A stretch of 64,000 bases of DNA, taken from NCBI GenBank assembly GCA_041649295.1, contig JBAZNI010000001.1, forward strand, positions 11,456 to 75,455. Direction: 5' to 3'. Made by a program: the position numbers and the translations under genes. Position 1 is the first letter of the stretch. Each line of letters opens with the position of its first letter. Shown here in pieces: positions 33,026 through 41,598 of this stretch. The DNA comes from Candidatus Pacearchaeota archaeon. Its GTDB lineage: Archaea > Nanobdellota > Nanobdellia > Pacearchaeales > GW2011-AR1. Under the pieces are notes generated by a model, which was not told the origin of the DNA, did not search any database, and saw nothing but the letters and a program-made list of their open reading frames with translations.

Positions 33026-35365
33026 TTATGCTGGTCCTACTAATTTCTGGCCTGCTGCGATATTCAAAGTACTTGTTGTTAGGTAATTTGCTGCAGCAGT
33101 TGTATCAGCTGCGTTATATCCTGCAACTACAGTAGCTAGTTTGCCACTATATGAATATGTTGCAATTAGATATTGCCCGTCACCTACACTAGTAGCAGTA
33201 GTAAAATCTGGTCCACATGTTCCAGATGCAACTCCTAAAACACTAGCAGCAACACTATTGATGCAACTTCCACCAATAACTACTAGGTTCTTTCCAGATG
33301 CATTAGCAACTTCGCTGTCTTTTAATATTACAACAGCACCATCACTACCTCCGAAAGATGTTTCTGGAGCAGTTATATATAACTGTCCGTAAGATTCTCC
33401 TCCGTGGTAAACAAGTTTAACGCTATTCTGTCCAGAACTTGGTTTTTTCCACAAGATTTCAGTACCTAGAGCAGAGTATACAAAGTCTCTAAATTCTTTT
33501 GTATCTCCGATTTCTGTGCTTGTTGCATTTCCTCCAGTTATACCATCTACTTCAACTTCTGGTGTAGAAGCTGAGTTAAATCCAAGTGTCAGGTTTACGC
33601 TTCTTCCTGCAGCAGGTGTATCATCTTTGTTTTCTTCTTGGAAAACTAAATTGAATGTAGCTGAATTATTTCCACCTTCTGTACATGACTCGTTCAACAA
33701 TCCAAGTCCTAGTTGGAATGTCTCTCCAGAAGTCATGTTAAATGGCAACCAAACTTTCATTCCTTCTTTTGAATAAAGTGTTTGGAAGTCTACATTTGAG
33801 CCTGCAGTAACGTTTACAGTCTTAGCATTTTTGTCAATAAATCCAACAGTGAACTCAAGGTTACCTATTGTAACAACATCAGCTTGCTGTGCATCTTCTT
33901 TTGCACTAGTCCAAACTCCGTCTTTTTTATACTGGAAAGTAGTTTTGTTTATAAGACTTTCTACTTTAAAGTTAGTAGCTTTTAATAAGTAAGATTCAGC
34001 ATCGCTTCCATCATCCCAAGAAGCAACAAAATAAGCATCTGTGTCTCCATCAAAAGTGATGTTTGCACCAGTTTGCCCAGGAGCTGTTCTTAGCATATTA
34101 TCGCCATCTTTTCCAATACCTATATAGTTTGTGCTGTTTGCATATAAGATGTTTATATCTTCAGTACTGCCCTTTAATGGGAAATCTTCTAAAGTTATTA
34201 CTGTTGTACTTGAACCAGAAACAGTTATTGTTTCTGATTTTGGATATACCATTCCAGGGAATGATAATTTAACTGCACCAAATCCTGGCATAGTAATTTG
34301 GCTGTCTGGAGTGATGAATAAATCATCGTCTGCTTTCCATTGAAGCACAATTTTTACTAATTTCCCAGAAGTGTCAGTTATATATGCAGCAAGGTTTGAT
34401 ATTGCCTCATCATTTAGTTCAATATCAGAGCCGTCAACTAATTTTAATTTACCGCTACCAATACTAAATTCTACTTTGTTTACATCAGCTTCTTTTGAAG
34501 AATAATAAACTGTTTTAACTCCAACATAAGCACCATCTGCTAATCTCTGAGTTTGTCCAGCACTAAGACTATTTGTTGAATCTCCGTTAATAGTAAATGT
34601 AACTGCAGAACTACTTGTAATAAAGTCTACAGAAACATCATATGTTTTACCATTTACAGTTATTGTAGAAGATTCTCCTAATGCAAGAGTATTTTCTTGT
34701 GCTGAATCAAGCAAATCCATTGATGCAGAACCACTTGAACTATTTGTTTGTAAGATGTAGTAATCTTTTCCAAGTAATCTAACATCTGAACTTGATAAAT
34801 CATCCCAGTTTGGCTGATCTGTCATTTCCATTGTATAGTTAAGTACGTGAGCAGCATTAGCTATTCTAATAGCCATAGTTGGTGTATCTGTTTTATAATC
34901 ATTGTCATCAAACATTGCCAATTGTAAATTAGCAAGATTAATTTTTTGTGTGTAGTCAAATTCATCATTATCATTATCCACATATTTGCCGTCAGCTAAT
35001 AATGTTGGCAACCCTCCGTTTGGACTATCTTCTGTAATTGCAGTTGCTACAACATCTTGGATTCCATATCCTGTTTGTAACTTTGTAGAAGATTTTTCTA
35101 ACAAAAGACTTTCACCTCCTGATGGAGTTTGTCCTGCAATTGATTGTGTTGTTACAGAAGCTAATAAATTAGTTTGTACTGTCTGAGCTGCAAGGTAGTC
35201 TGATTGAGCTGCACTTGAACCATAGACAATAGCTACATTTGACACACCACCTGAAACCAAAGGTTCGGGGTATGCAGCAGCAGCAAGTCCGAAAGTAGCA
35301 CCTAACATAGCTGCACTAGCAAGAACTGATGAAACTTTCTTAAAATTTATTTTCATTTTTTTCAA
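33026..35365 (-). CDS. S-layer protein
   Basis: 779 aa. Signal peptide ...ASAAMLGATFGLAAAA, then VAIVYGSSAAQSDYLAAQTV. The C-terminal NLVVIGGSCINSVAASVLGV resembles methanococcal-type S-layer N and C regions. Thr/Ser/Gly/Asn-rich beta composition, a strong AAGGAGG Shine-Dalgarno sequence and a long leader. Confidence 0.7.
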   Translation of the reverse strand: MKKMKINFKKVSSVLASAAMLGATFGLAAAAYPEPLVSGGVSNVAIVYGSSAAQSDYLAAQTVQTNLLASVTTQSIAGQTPSGGESLLLEKSSTKLQTGYGIQDVVATAITEDSPNGGLPTLLADGKYVDNDNDEFDYTQKINLANLQLAMFDDNDYKTDTPTMAIRIANAAHVLNYTMEMTDQPNWDDLSSSDVRLLGKDYYILQTNSSSGSASMDLLDSAQENTLALGESSTITVNGKTYDVSVDFITSSSAVTFTINGDSTNSLSAGQTQRLADGAYVGVKTVYYSSKEADVNKVEFSIGSGKLKLVDGSDIELNDEAISNLAAYITDTSGKLVKIVLQWKADDDLFITPDSQITMPGFGAVKLSFPGMVYPKSETITVSGSSTTVITLEDFPLKGSTEDINILYANSTNYIGIGKDGDNMLRTAPGQTGANITFDGDTDAYFVASWDDGSDAESYLLKATNFKVESLINKTTFQYKKDGVWTSAKEDAQQADVVTIGNLEFTVGFIDKNAKTVNVTAGSNVDFQTLYSKEGMKVWLPFNMTSGETFQLGLGLLNESCTEGGNNSATFNLVFQEENKDDTPAAGRSVNLTLGFNSASTPEVEVDGITGGNATSTEIGDTKEFRDFVYSALGTEILWKKPSSGQNSVKLVYHGGESYGQLYITAPETSFGGSDGAVVILKDSEVANASGKNLVVIGGSCINSVAASVLGVASGTCGPDFTTATSVGDGQYLIATYSYSGKLATVVAGYNAADTTAAANYLTTSTLNIAAGQKLVGPA

Positions 35366-35795
35366 CCTCCTTTCAATTGTCTGTTATTTTTCGATACAAA
35401 GTATCGGCATACTGGTTAAAGTTTATTTCTTTTTAGATTCTTCAGCCAGCAGATTATAACAATCCCTTATCAGGAATGTTGTCGTCGGCAGATATGTTAA
35501 CAATATGTTATATTTTTTTTCATTTATAAATCTTTTGCTATAAACCTTAATTTTAACAAAAAAACACTCAAAAATTGGGCATTTATTTATAAACCTTTCG
35601 TTGTTACTCCATTATTAAACAAATTCTAAACAGCTAAAATAGAAACATTTATTAACATATATGATATTATTACACATATATGTTTTTTCCAAACACATAT
35701 TATAGATAGAATGTATAAATATAGGGTTAAAAATACCATATATTGTTTATCGAAGATAAAATAAAAATACCAAATTAAATGAAAAACATATAAAA

Positions 35796-35884
35796 AGGAA
35801 AGTGTGTGAGAGCCTAGAGAATAAAATATTCTCTGGCCCAGAGAACAAGTATGTTCTCTTGGGAAAACCTTCGGTTATCTTCAA
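35796..35884 (+). repeat. three-hairpin structured element, copy B (5' leader of the wHTH regulator gene)
   Basis: aaggaaagtgtgtgagagcc-tagagaat(aaaat)attctctggc-ccagagaaca(agta)tgttctcttggg-aaaacc(ttc)ggttat-cttcaa, ending at the ATG at 35885. Collinear with 5835-5929. Confidence 0.65.
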
Positions 35885-36244
35885 ATGGCAGAAAAAACAA
35901 GAATAATTGACATTTATGAAAAAACAGGAACATTTACTTCAGTTTTTAGAAGATTTACAGGTGAAAAAAAAGACTATAATTATGATGATTTAGCTGTATT
36001 AAGAAGGTTATTATCTAATGAAAAAGCACGTATTCTTCACGCTATAAAAAACCAAAAACCCCTCTCTATATATGCTTTGGCAAAGTTTCTTCATAGAGAC
36101 TTTAAGTCTGTAAGAGAAGATATTCTCTTGCTTAAGAAATTTGGGTTTATTGACTTAATTCAGGAAAAATCAGGAAAGACAAATAGGATAAATCACCGCC
36201 CGGTAATTTCTGCAACAACTGTAAACATAGTGATTAGGATTTAA
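35885..36244 (+). CDS. winged-helix transcriptional regulator (archaeal MarR/ArsR-like, COG4190-style)
   Basis: 119 aa. LSNEKARILHAIKNQKPLSIYALAKFLHRDFKSVREDILLLKKFGFIDL is an HTH plus wing pattern. Confidence 0.6.
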   Translation: MAEKTRIIDIYEKTGTFTSVFRRFTGEKKDYNYDDLAVLRRLLSNEKARILHAIKNQKPLSIYALAKFLHRDFKSVREDILLLKKFGFIDLIQEKSGKTNRINHRPVISATTVNIVIRI

Positions 36245-36786
36245 CTCAGATTATAGCACATTTCAACTCTCATAGTTGCAACTTCAGAACTCGAGCCTAT
36301 ATAAAAAGTGTTTTTTCCAAACATCTTTGTAGAAGGGCAGAAAGTAGCAGGCCCCTTTCCAGCAAATATAGGGGAAATTATGTCTGTTTTTTCCTCACTT
36401 CCGGTATATAACTTCATCTCATAATACCTTCTATAGCTTTCTTCTCCAACATCAAAACTATTATTTAAAATTTCTTTTATTGTGTTTTCCAGGTATTTGC
36501 ATGTATCTTCCCCATTTTCACAGCTTTGTCTTCTATAGCATAAATCAACAAGACTTTCAATTGTCTGAAAGCTTCCAAGTCTTTCACAACCAGTTGTTAC
36601 TGGTTTTATGCCTGTTAAAAATGCAGATAGTTCATTGCTTTCTTGTATTGTAGTTGAATTGGGTTTCCTGAGATAAATGCCAAGAAGAACAATGCCAACT
36701 ATTGCAACTAAAACTACAATTAGCACAAAACCAACCATTTCTTCCTGAGCTTTTATTTTTTTAGCTTTCATCTTCTTCCACATCAA
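36241..36786 (-). CDS. type IV pilin-like protein (class III signal peptide)
   Basis: 181 aa. The N-terminus KKIKAQ/EEMVGFVLIVVLVAIVGIVLLGIYL is a basic stretch, A/G-Q, then about 20 hydrophobic residues. Confidence 0.6.
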   Translation of the reverse strand: MMWKKMKAKKIKAQEEMVGFVLIVVLVAIVGIVLLGIYLRKPNSTTIQESNELSAFLTGIKPVTTGCERLGSFQTIESLVDLCYRRQSCENGEDTCKYLENTIKEILNNSFDVGEESYRRYYEMKLYTGSEEKTDIISPIFAGKGPATFCPSTKMFGKNTFYIGSSSEVATMRVEMCYNLS

Positions 36787-37291
36787 TCATCAATATGCCT
36801 AATTCACACTTATCATAGGCAACTCCATTATAAGTCTGTTTTTTGCACAAAGGGACAAAAGAATACACTTTTGCAGAGTCTTTTTCAGTGTATATTTTTA
36901 TTATTCTGCAATCTGGGTAATTTCCGCTGTCGCATTCCCTGTCTTTTGTATCTTTTGGATAAACTTTCTCAATAATAAACCCTTTGATATTTTTTCCCCA
37001 AAAATCCTTATATCTCTCTTTGTTTTCAGATGATTTTAAAATCATAAGCTTGTCAAGATCAACACTGTTAGGAATGTTTTCATTAAACGAAAATTCAGGG
37101 GTTGAAGCGATTTTAGATACTAAGGCAATTGCTTTTTGTTTTTCCAATTCCTTAACATCTGAATGAAGATTTGAGAATTTTATAGATACATAAAACAGGA
37201 CTACTAAAACAAAAAATAATGTTACTGCAACTATCATAAATATTGTTTGTTGCATTTTAAACTGCGCTTTTTTTCTTAATATAACTCGCAT
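36761..37291 (-). CDS. type IV pilin-like protein (class III signal peptide)
   Basis: 176 aa. N-terminus LRKKAQ/FKMQQTIFMIVAVTLFFVLVVLF. It overlaps its neighbours in the operon. Confidence 0.6.
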   Translation of the reverse strand: MRVILRKKAQFKMQQTIFMIVAVTLFFVLVVLFYVSIKFSNLHSDVKELEKQKAIALVSKIASTPEFSFNENIPNSVDLDKLMILKSSENKERYKDFWGKNIKGFIIEKVYPKDTKDRECDSGNYPDCRIIKIYTEKDSAKVYSFVPLCKKQTYNGVAYDKCELGILMIDVEEDES

Positions 37292-38235
37292 TGCAACTCC
37301 TGATTTTTGTGGTCTATTTCATCTGCCTTTTCTTTAATAACTTTTAAGCCTATTGGCGAATTCAGGTTATTTGCCAGATTTGCCAGAATAATAATATCAG
37401 AGTATAGTCCGCTATTGCATGTACCAACAACTAATTTTGATTTATCTGCATAAATTTCAGAAACATATCCTATTCTTTTTGCAATTCTTTTCATATTGCA
37501 CTCGTAATTTGCCTTTGAACTAAATATCCTGCCAAATAAAAGACTTTCTGCAAAATATAGTGTTTCTTCATCTTTAGAGACAAAACCTTCACTGCATTCA
37601 GAGTCTTTGCATTCTACATTTATGTTGCAGTTTGCATTTGTGAAACAAACTGTTTTGGAATTTTCCAAACAGTCAGAAAGAGAATCTGCAATTGTTACAT
37701 TGGAATTTTCACTGCTTGAAAGGCTTAAAAGACTATTTTTAACATCTTCAGGAGCATTAACAAAGCAATAATTATCTGTGTATGCTATAACAATATCTGC
37801 TGCCTTAAAAGGCATTTTAAAGGAACTTATAAAAAAATAGATTTGTTTGCCCTGAATCATGGATTCTGTAAATAAATACTGGTTTTTTGTTGGCACATCC
37901 CCCCCTTTTTCACTCCATCCTTCTTTTGCCAAACTTGTTTTTTCAGAAAACTGTATTCTTATTTCTCCAAAATTGCCTGCATTATTGCATGAAGTATAAA
38001 CTCTTGTTTCTTTCGGGAGCATAATTGAAGTCATTGCCAATTCTTCAGATGTTGTCTGCAATGAATCAAGAGCATTTGCATAATCTCTTGCAGTTTTTGT
38101 GTTTATCTCTACTGTATTTGTTTTTATTATATTTGCTGCAATATAAATTGCAAGTATTAATATAATTGCTCCTGCTATAATTGATAAAATCCATACAAAA
38201 CTCATTTCAATTGCTTTCTTATTCATACTAAACAA
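37276..38235 (-). CDS. type IV pilin-like protein, larger Cys-containing ectodomain
   Basis: 319 aa. N-terminus MNKKA/IEMSFVWILSIIAGAIILILAIYIAA, with about 11 Cys in the ectodomain. Confidence 0.6.
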   Translation of the reverse strand: MFSMNKKAIEMSFVWILSIIAGAIILILAIYIAANIIKTNTVEINTKTARDYANALDSLQTTSEELAMTSIMLPKETRVYTSCNNAGNFGEIRIQFSEKTSLAKEGWSEKGGDVPTKNQYLFTESMIQGKQIYFFISSFKMPFKAADIVIAYTDNYCFVNAPEDVKNSLLSLSSSENSNVTIADSLSDCLENSKTVCFTNANCNINVECKDSECSEGFVSKDEETLYFAESLLFGRIFSSKANYECNMKRIAKRIGYVSEIYADKSKLVVGTCNSGLYSDIIILANLANNLNSPIGLKVIKEKADEIDHKNQELQCELY

Positions 38236-38722
38236 CCTTTGACACGCTTATAAGAGAACTTCCTTCTTTTTTTTCAAGGAAAATCTTTATTTTTTCTTCA
38301 GCAACATTAATACAATAAGGATTGGATGTAAATGAATCCATGTCAATATATTTAATTTCGACAGAAGGAAGTGCAGAATTTCTTGGATAGAAATAAAAAT
38401 TATGCACATTGCTCACTCTTTTTAATTCAGATACAATTCCTTTATCACTTCCTGTTGTGCTTTTTGAACTATCCCAAAAACAGACTTTTTCCACATTTCC
38501 CGGAATAGATTCTTCAAATATATAACTTGCCCCTAAAATACTGCTTCTGTGCAATTCTAAAACTTTTTCTTCAAAGTCTTCTACAAATTGCGCCTTTGCC
38601 GTTTTGTCTTTTAAATCCAAAAACATATTAATTGCATAAAAAGCAACAGCCATAAATGCTATGATAAGGATTATAGAAAATATCATTCCAAATGATAAAT
38701 TTATCTGCCCCCTTTTTTTCAT
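38228..38722 (-). CDS. type IV pilin-like protein (class III signal peptide, DUF361-like GQ-x-x-LSF)
   Basis: 164 aa. N-terminus MKKRGQ/INLSFGMIFSIILIIAFMAVAFYAI. First gene of a four-gene overlapping operon. Confidence 0.65.
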   Translation of the reverse strand: MKKRGQINLSFGMIFSIILIIAFMAVAFYAINMFLDLKDKTAKAQFVEDFEEKVLELHRSSILGASYIFEESIPGNVEKVCFWDSSKSTTGSDKGIVSELKRVSNVHNFYFYPRNSALPSVEIKYIDMDSFTSNPYCINVAEEKIKIFLEKKEGSSLISVSKVV

Positions 38723-38930
38723 AATAAGATAATCATACCAAGATTATTAAATGTTTTGAAAATACCTAAAATAACTTAATAGTTCATTTTAACCTCCTTG
38801 TTGATTTAATCAAAAACAACAGAAAATAATTTAATTAAGGGCTTTGGATAAAATAGTTTCACCTTCATTTGATAGGTAACATGCCCCATGAGAGACTGAA
38901 CTAAAAAGTACACATTCCTTAAAAATATGC

Positions 38931-39830
38931 CTAAAATATCCCTTTGCTACTCTTCAAAATTTCAGACAACAATTTGACCAAAGGTTTTAGATCCCCCTTA
39001 ATTTGTGCAGACTCTAATGCTTCATAATACTTATGTTTTATAGAATTTGGGATATTTACCATAGGAAAATTATTCTTATGCAATATAAAATTCATTAATA
39101 ACCTTCCAGTTCTACCATTTCCATCAACAAATGGATGCACTGTCTCAAATCCAGCATGGAAATAAGCTGAAACTATTAGCGGATGTAATTTTTCTTTATT
39201 TTTAGAGTACCAAAATAAAAGTGATTTTATTTCTTTTGGAACATCTTCTGGTTTTGGAGGAAGCCAATCTGTACCTCTTATATATACTTGCAAATTTCTA
39301 AAACACCCAATTTGTGTTTTTAATTCTTCTTTTAGAGTATCCTTTACAACAATTTTATGCAGTTCACAAATAAACTCTTTAGTTATGTCTCCATTATAAC
39401 TTAATATAAAGTCAAAAGCTTTTTTATGATTTAAAACCTCATTTATTTCTCTCATTGGTTTTCTAGGAGTTATGCCTTCAAAGAGTAACTGTGCTGTCTC
39501 CTGTAGTGTGAGCGTATTTCCTTCAATTGCAGTAGAATTATAAGTAAAATCAGAAGTAAAAACTTCATATCTATTTTCAAAACTTTCTTTTGGCTGTTTT
39601 TTATATTTTTCCTTTATATTATCTAACTCTTTTATATCTTGTTCTGTTAATAAGTTATTTAGGTATAATAATGTTTTATCTGCATTTTTTCCTTTTTTTA
39701 AAATTTCTTTTTTATTTAAATTAACCCCAAGATAAACTCTTTCCTTGTTAACTTTTTTCCCCCTTCTTACAGATTTAACTCTATAATAATACTTTTTTCC
39801 ATTTTTTTCTTTTATCTCCGTATATGGCAT
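38931..39830 (-). CDS. Fic-family protein (AMPylase-type) with an intramolecular inhibitory motif
   Basis: 299 aa. It has the Fic motif HPFVDGNGRTGRLL and an upstream STAIEGN, matching the (S/T)xxxE(G/N) alpha-inh motif. Confidence 0.9.
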   Translation of the reverse strand: MPYTEIKEKNGKKYYYRVKSVRRGKKVNKERVYLGVNLNKKEILKKGKNADKTLLYLNNLLTEQDIKELDNIKEKYKKQPKESFENRYEVFTSDFTYNSTAIEGNTLTLQETAQLLFEGITPRKPMREINEVLNHKKAFDFILSYNGDITKEFICELHKIVVKDTLKEELKTQIGCFRNLQVYIRGTDWLPPKPEDVPKEIKSLLFWYSKNKEKLHPLIVSAYFHAGFETVHPFVDGNGRTGRLLMNFILHKNNFPMVNIPNSIKHKYYEALESAQIKGDLKPLVKLLSEILKSSKGIF

Positions 39831-39972
39831 AATTCTTATACGTCTACATAGTATATAAATTTAACTGTTGTGTGGACGTGATTATGAGAAAGCTTAGTCA
39901 AAAGGTTCTACTCTTCAACTTTTATTTTTACTGGTTTATCATCGATAAAAAGGATGCCCCCGAGCAGTTAGT

Positions 39973-39990
39973 CCCAAGTATTAACTCCTC
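39973..39990 (+). repeat. degenerate copy of the tRNA 3'-half fragment found at 62297-62323
   Basis: cccaagtatt+aactcctc equals 62297-62306 plus 62316-62323, with the intervening 9 nt (ccgaggttc) missing. Confidence 0.4.
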
Positions 39991-40016
39991 TGCTTTTTGT
40001 TCAATTATTTCAAGAA

Positions 40017-40361
40017 TTATTCTAATCCCAAACTTATTTTTATAGCGAAATCTACTTTATTCATAGAATAAAAATCTAAAGAACTTATTCTTTTAATAAT
40101 TCTTGATTTATCAATTGTCCTTATTTGATTAAGCATAATTGTTGAATCTTTATTTAAATGAGAATCTTGTTTAGAGATAAAGACATTGGTCGGATACTCT
40201 TTTTCAGGAACTTTTGAAGTAATTGCAGCCACAATTGTTACTGGAGAAAATTTATTAGAAATATCATTCTGAATCACCAAACATGGCCTTATTCCTCCTT
40301 GTTCACTTCCTTTAACAGGTTCAAAATCAACGAGTAAAATCTCACCTCTTTTTATTTCCAT
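40017..40361 (-). CDS. mazF: MazF/PemK-family endoribonuclease toxin
   Basis: 114 aa; RGEILLVDFEPVKGSEQGGIRPCLVIQND...VTIVAAITSK is the canonical MazF pattern. Confidence 0.9.
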   Translation of the reverse strand: MEIKRGEILLVDFEPVKGSEQGGIRPCLVIQNDISNKFSPVTIVAAITSKVPEKEYPTNVFISKQDSHLNKDSTIMLNQIRTIDKSRIIKRISSLDFYSMNKVDFAIKISLGLE

Positions 40362-40638
40362 TTTTAATTTTCTTTATATCTTTAAGATATTTTTCTGGGA
40401 TTAAATCTTTACATTCCCAATCCTTAAAATCTTCTATTGCTTCAAATTCTCTTGTAATCTTCAAGCTTTCTTCGGCCATTACCTTGCAGCCTTCAATAAG
40501 TAATTGCTCTTGTTCTCTTTTGCATTTTTCTGCAATTTTCATTAGGCTTACAATAACCTCTTCGTAAGTTTCTTTATTGGATTTTAATCTATCCAAAGCG
40601 CTTTTCACATTTTCATTTAGTTGAATTGTTGTTACCAT
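40342..40638 (-). CDS. putative RHH-type antitoxin partner of MazF
   Basis: 98 aa, overlapping the mazF start by 20 nt. The N-terminal TTIQLNENVKSALDRLKSNKETYEEVIVSLM looks like strand-helix-helix. Confidence 0.55.
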   Translation of the reverse strand: MVTTIQLNENVKSALDRLKSNKETYEEVIVSLMKIAEKCKREQEQLLIEGCKVMAEESLKITREFEAIEDFKDWECKDLIPEKYLKDIKKIKNGNKKR

Positions 40639-40755
40639 GATACTATAGAATAACTATAGTTTATATATCTTTCTTTTTTCTTTTGCGATTACTTCCCAAC
40701 TTTTTCCTCACGATATAAGAAAACCTTAATAAACTGAATTCTCTTAACATGTAAA

Positions 40756-41430
40756 ATGAGAAAAGTTAAACTTATTTGGTATGCTTTAACAATTATTCCA
40801 ATAATTTTAATAATCTTAGGTTATATTTTTCCTTCTACATTTTTTTCGAGTCAAGAATCAATAAGAAATTTTGTTAGCCAATTTGGAGTATTTGCTCCTA
40901 TTGCTTTTATTATTCTTCAAATTTTACAAGTTGTCTTAACTCCAATTAGCCATTACACTGTTTCAATTGCAGGAGGGTTTATTTTTGGATTATGGCAAGG
41001 TTTTATTTACAATTATATCGGAAGAGTTATTGGAACAGCAATAGCATTTTATCTTGGTAGAAAGTTTGGAAGAAAAATAATTAAACATGTTGTTAAACCA
41101 GAAACACTCCAAAAATATGATTGTTATTTTAATAAAGGAAAACTATTATTATTTCTAGCATACTTCTTGCCTTTATTCCCAGATGACGAAATTTCTTATT
41201 TGGCAGGATTTTCTTCTATAAGTCCTTGGATTTTCTTACCACTTATGGCAATTGGGCACTTAAGTGGCAGCTTAAGTTTAGCCTATATTGGAAATGGGAT
41301 ACAATCAATTAAAGAACCAATGTTTGTCTTTCTTTCTTTGATAACTCTAATTGGGGGAGTTTTATTTGCGCTTTATTATAAAAAAATTATTTCTAATAAA
41401 CATAGTTCAACTCCCCTTCCAAGCATCTAG
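40756..41430 (+). CDS. TVP38/TMEM64 (DedA/SNARE-associated) family membrane protein
   Basis: 224 aa; GVFAPIAFIILQILQVVLTPIS...GGFIFG...GRVIGTAIAFYLGRKFGR...LFPDDEISYLAGFS. Confidence 0.85.
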   Translation: MRKVKLIWYALTIIPIILIILGYIFPSTFFSSQESIRNFVSQFGVFAPIAFIILQILQVVLTPISHYTVSIAGGFIFGLWQGFIYNYIGRVIGTAIAFYLGRKFGRKIIKHVVKPETLQKYDCYFNKGKLLLFLAYFLPLFPDDEISYLAGFSSISPWIFLPLMAIGHLSGSLSLAYIGNGIQSIKEPMFVFLSLITLIGGVLFALYYKKIISNKHSSTPLPSI

Positions 41431-41598
41431 CCAGATAGTCCTACGCCCCATTCGTAACTTAACCCAAAAACCTCATTAGTTATTCGGTTTATGTAGAGAA
41501 GTTAATCTTAATGATGAAAGAACCCACGATTTGTATTACACTCTATATGACGCATTTTGTAATAAAATTTATGATAAGAAGTGAATACTAATAAAATT

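Noticed and set aside
35853-35860. AGAACA-N4-TGTTCT and GAGAAT-N5-ATTCTC as simple DNA operators for the adjacent wHTH protein
   Set aside because: Not fully excluded. However, compensated stem changes between copies, conserved single-base bulges and free loop variation fit a folded nucleic-acid element better than a sequence-specific dimer site.
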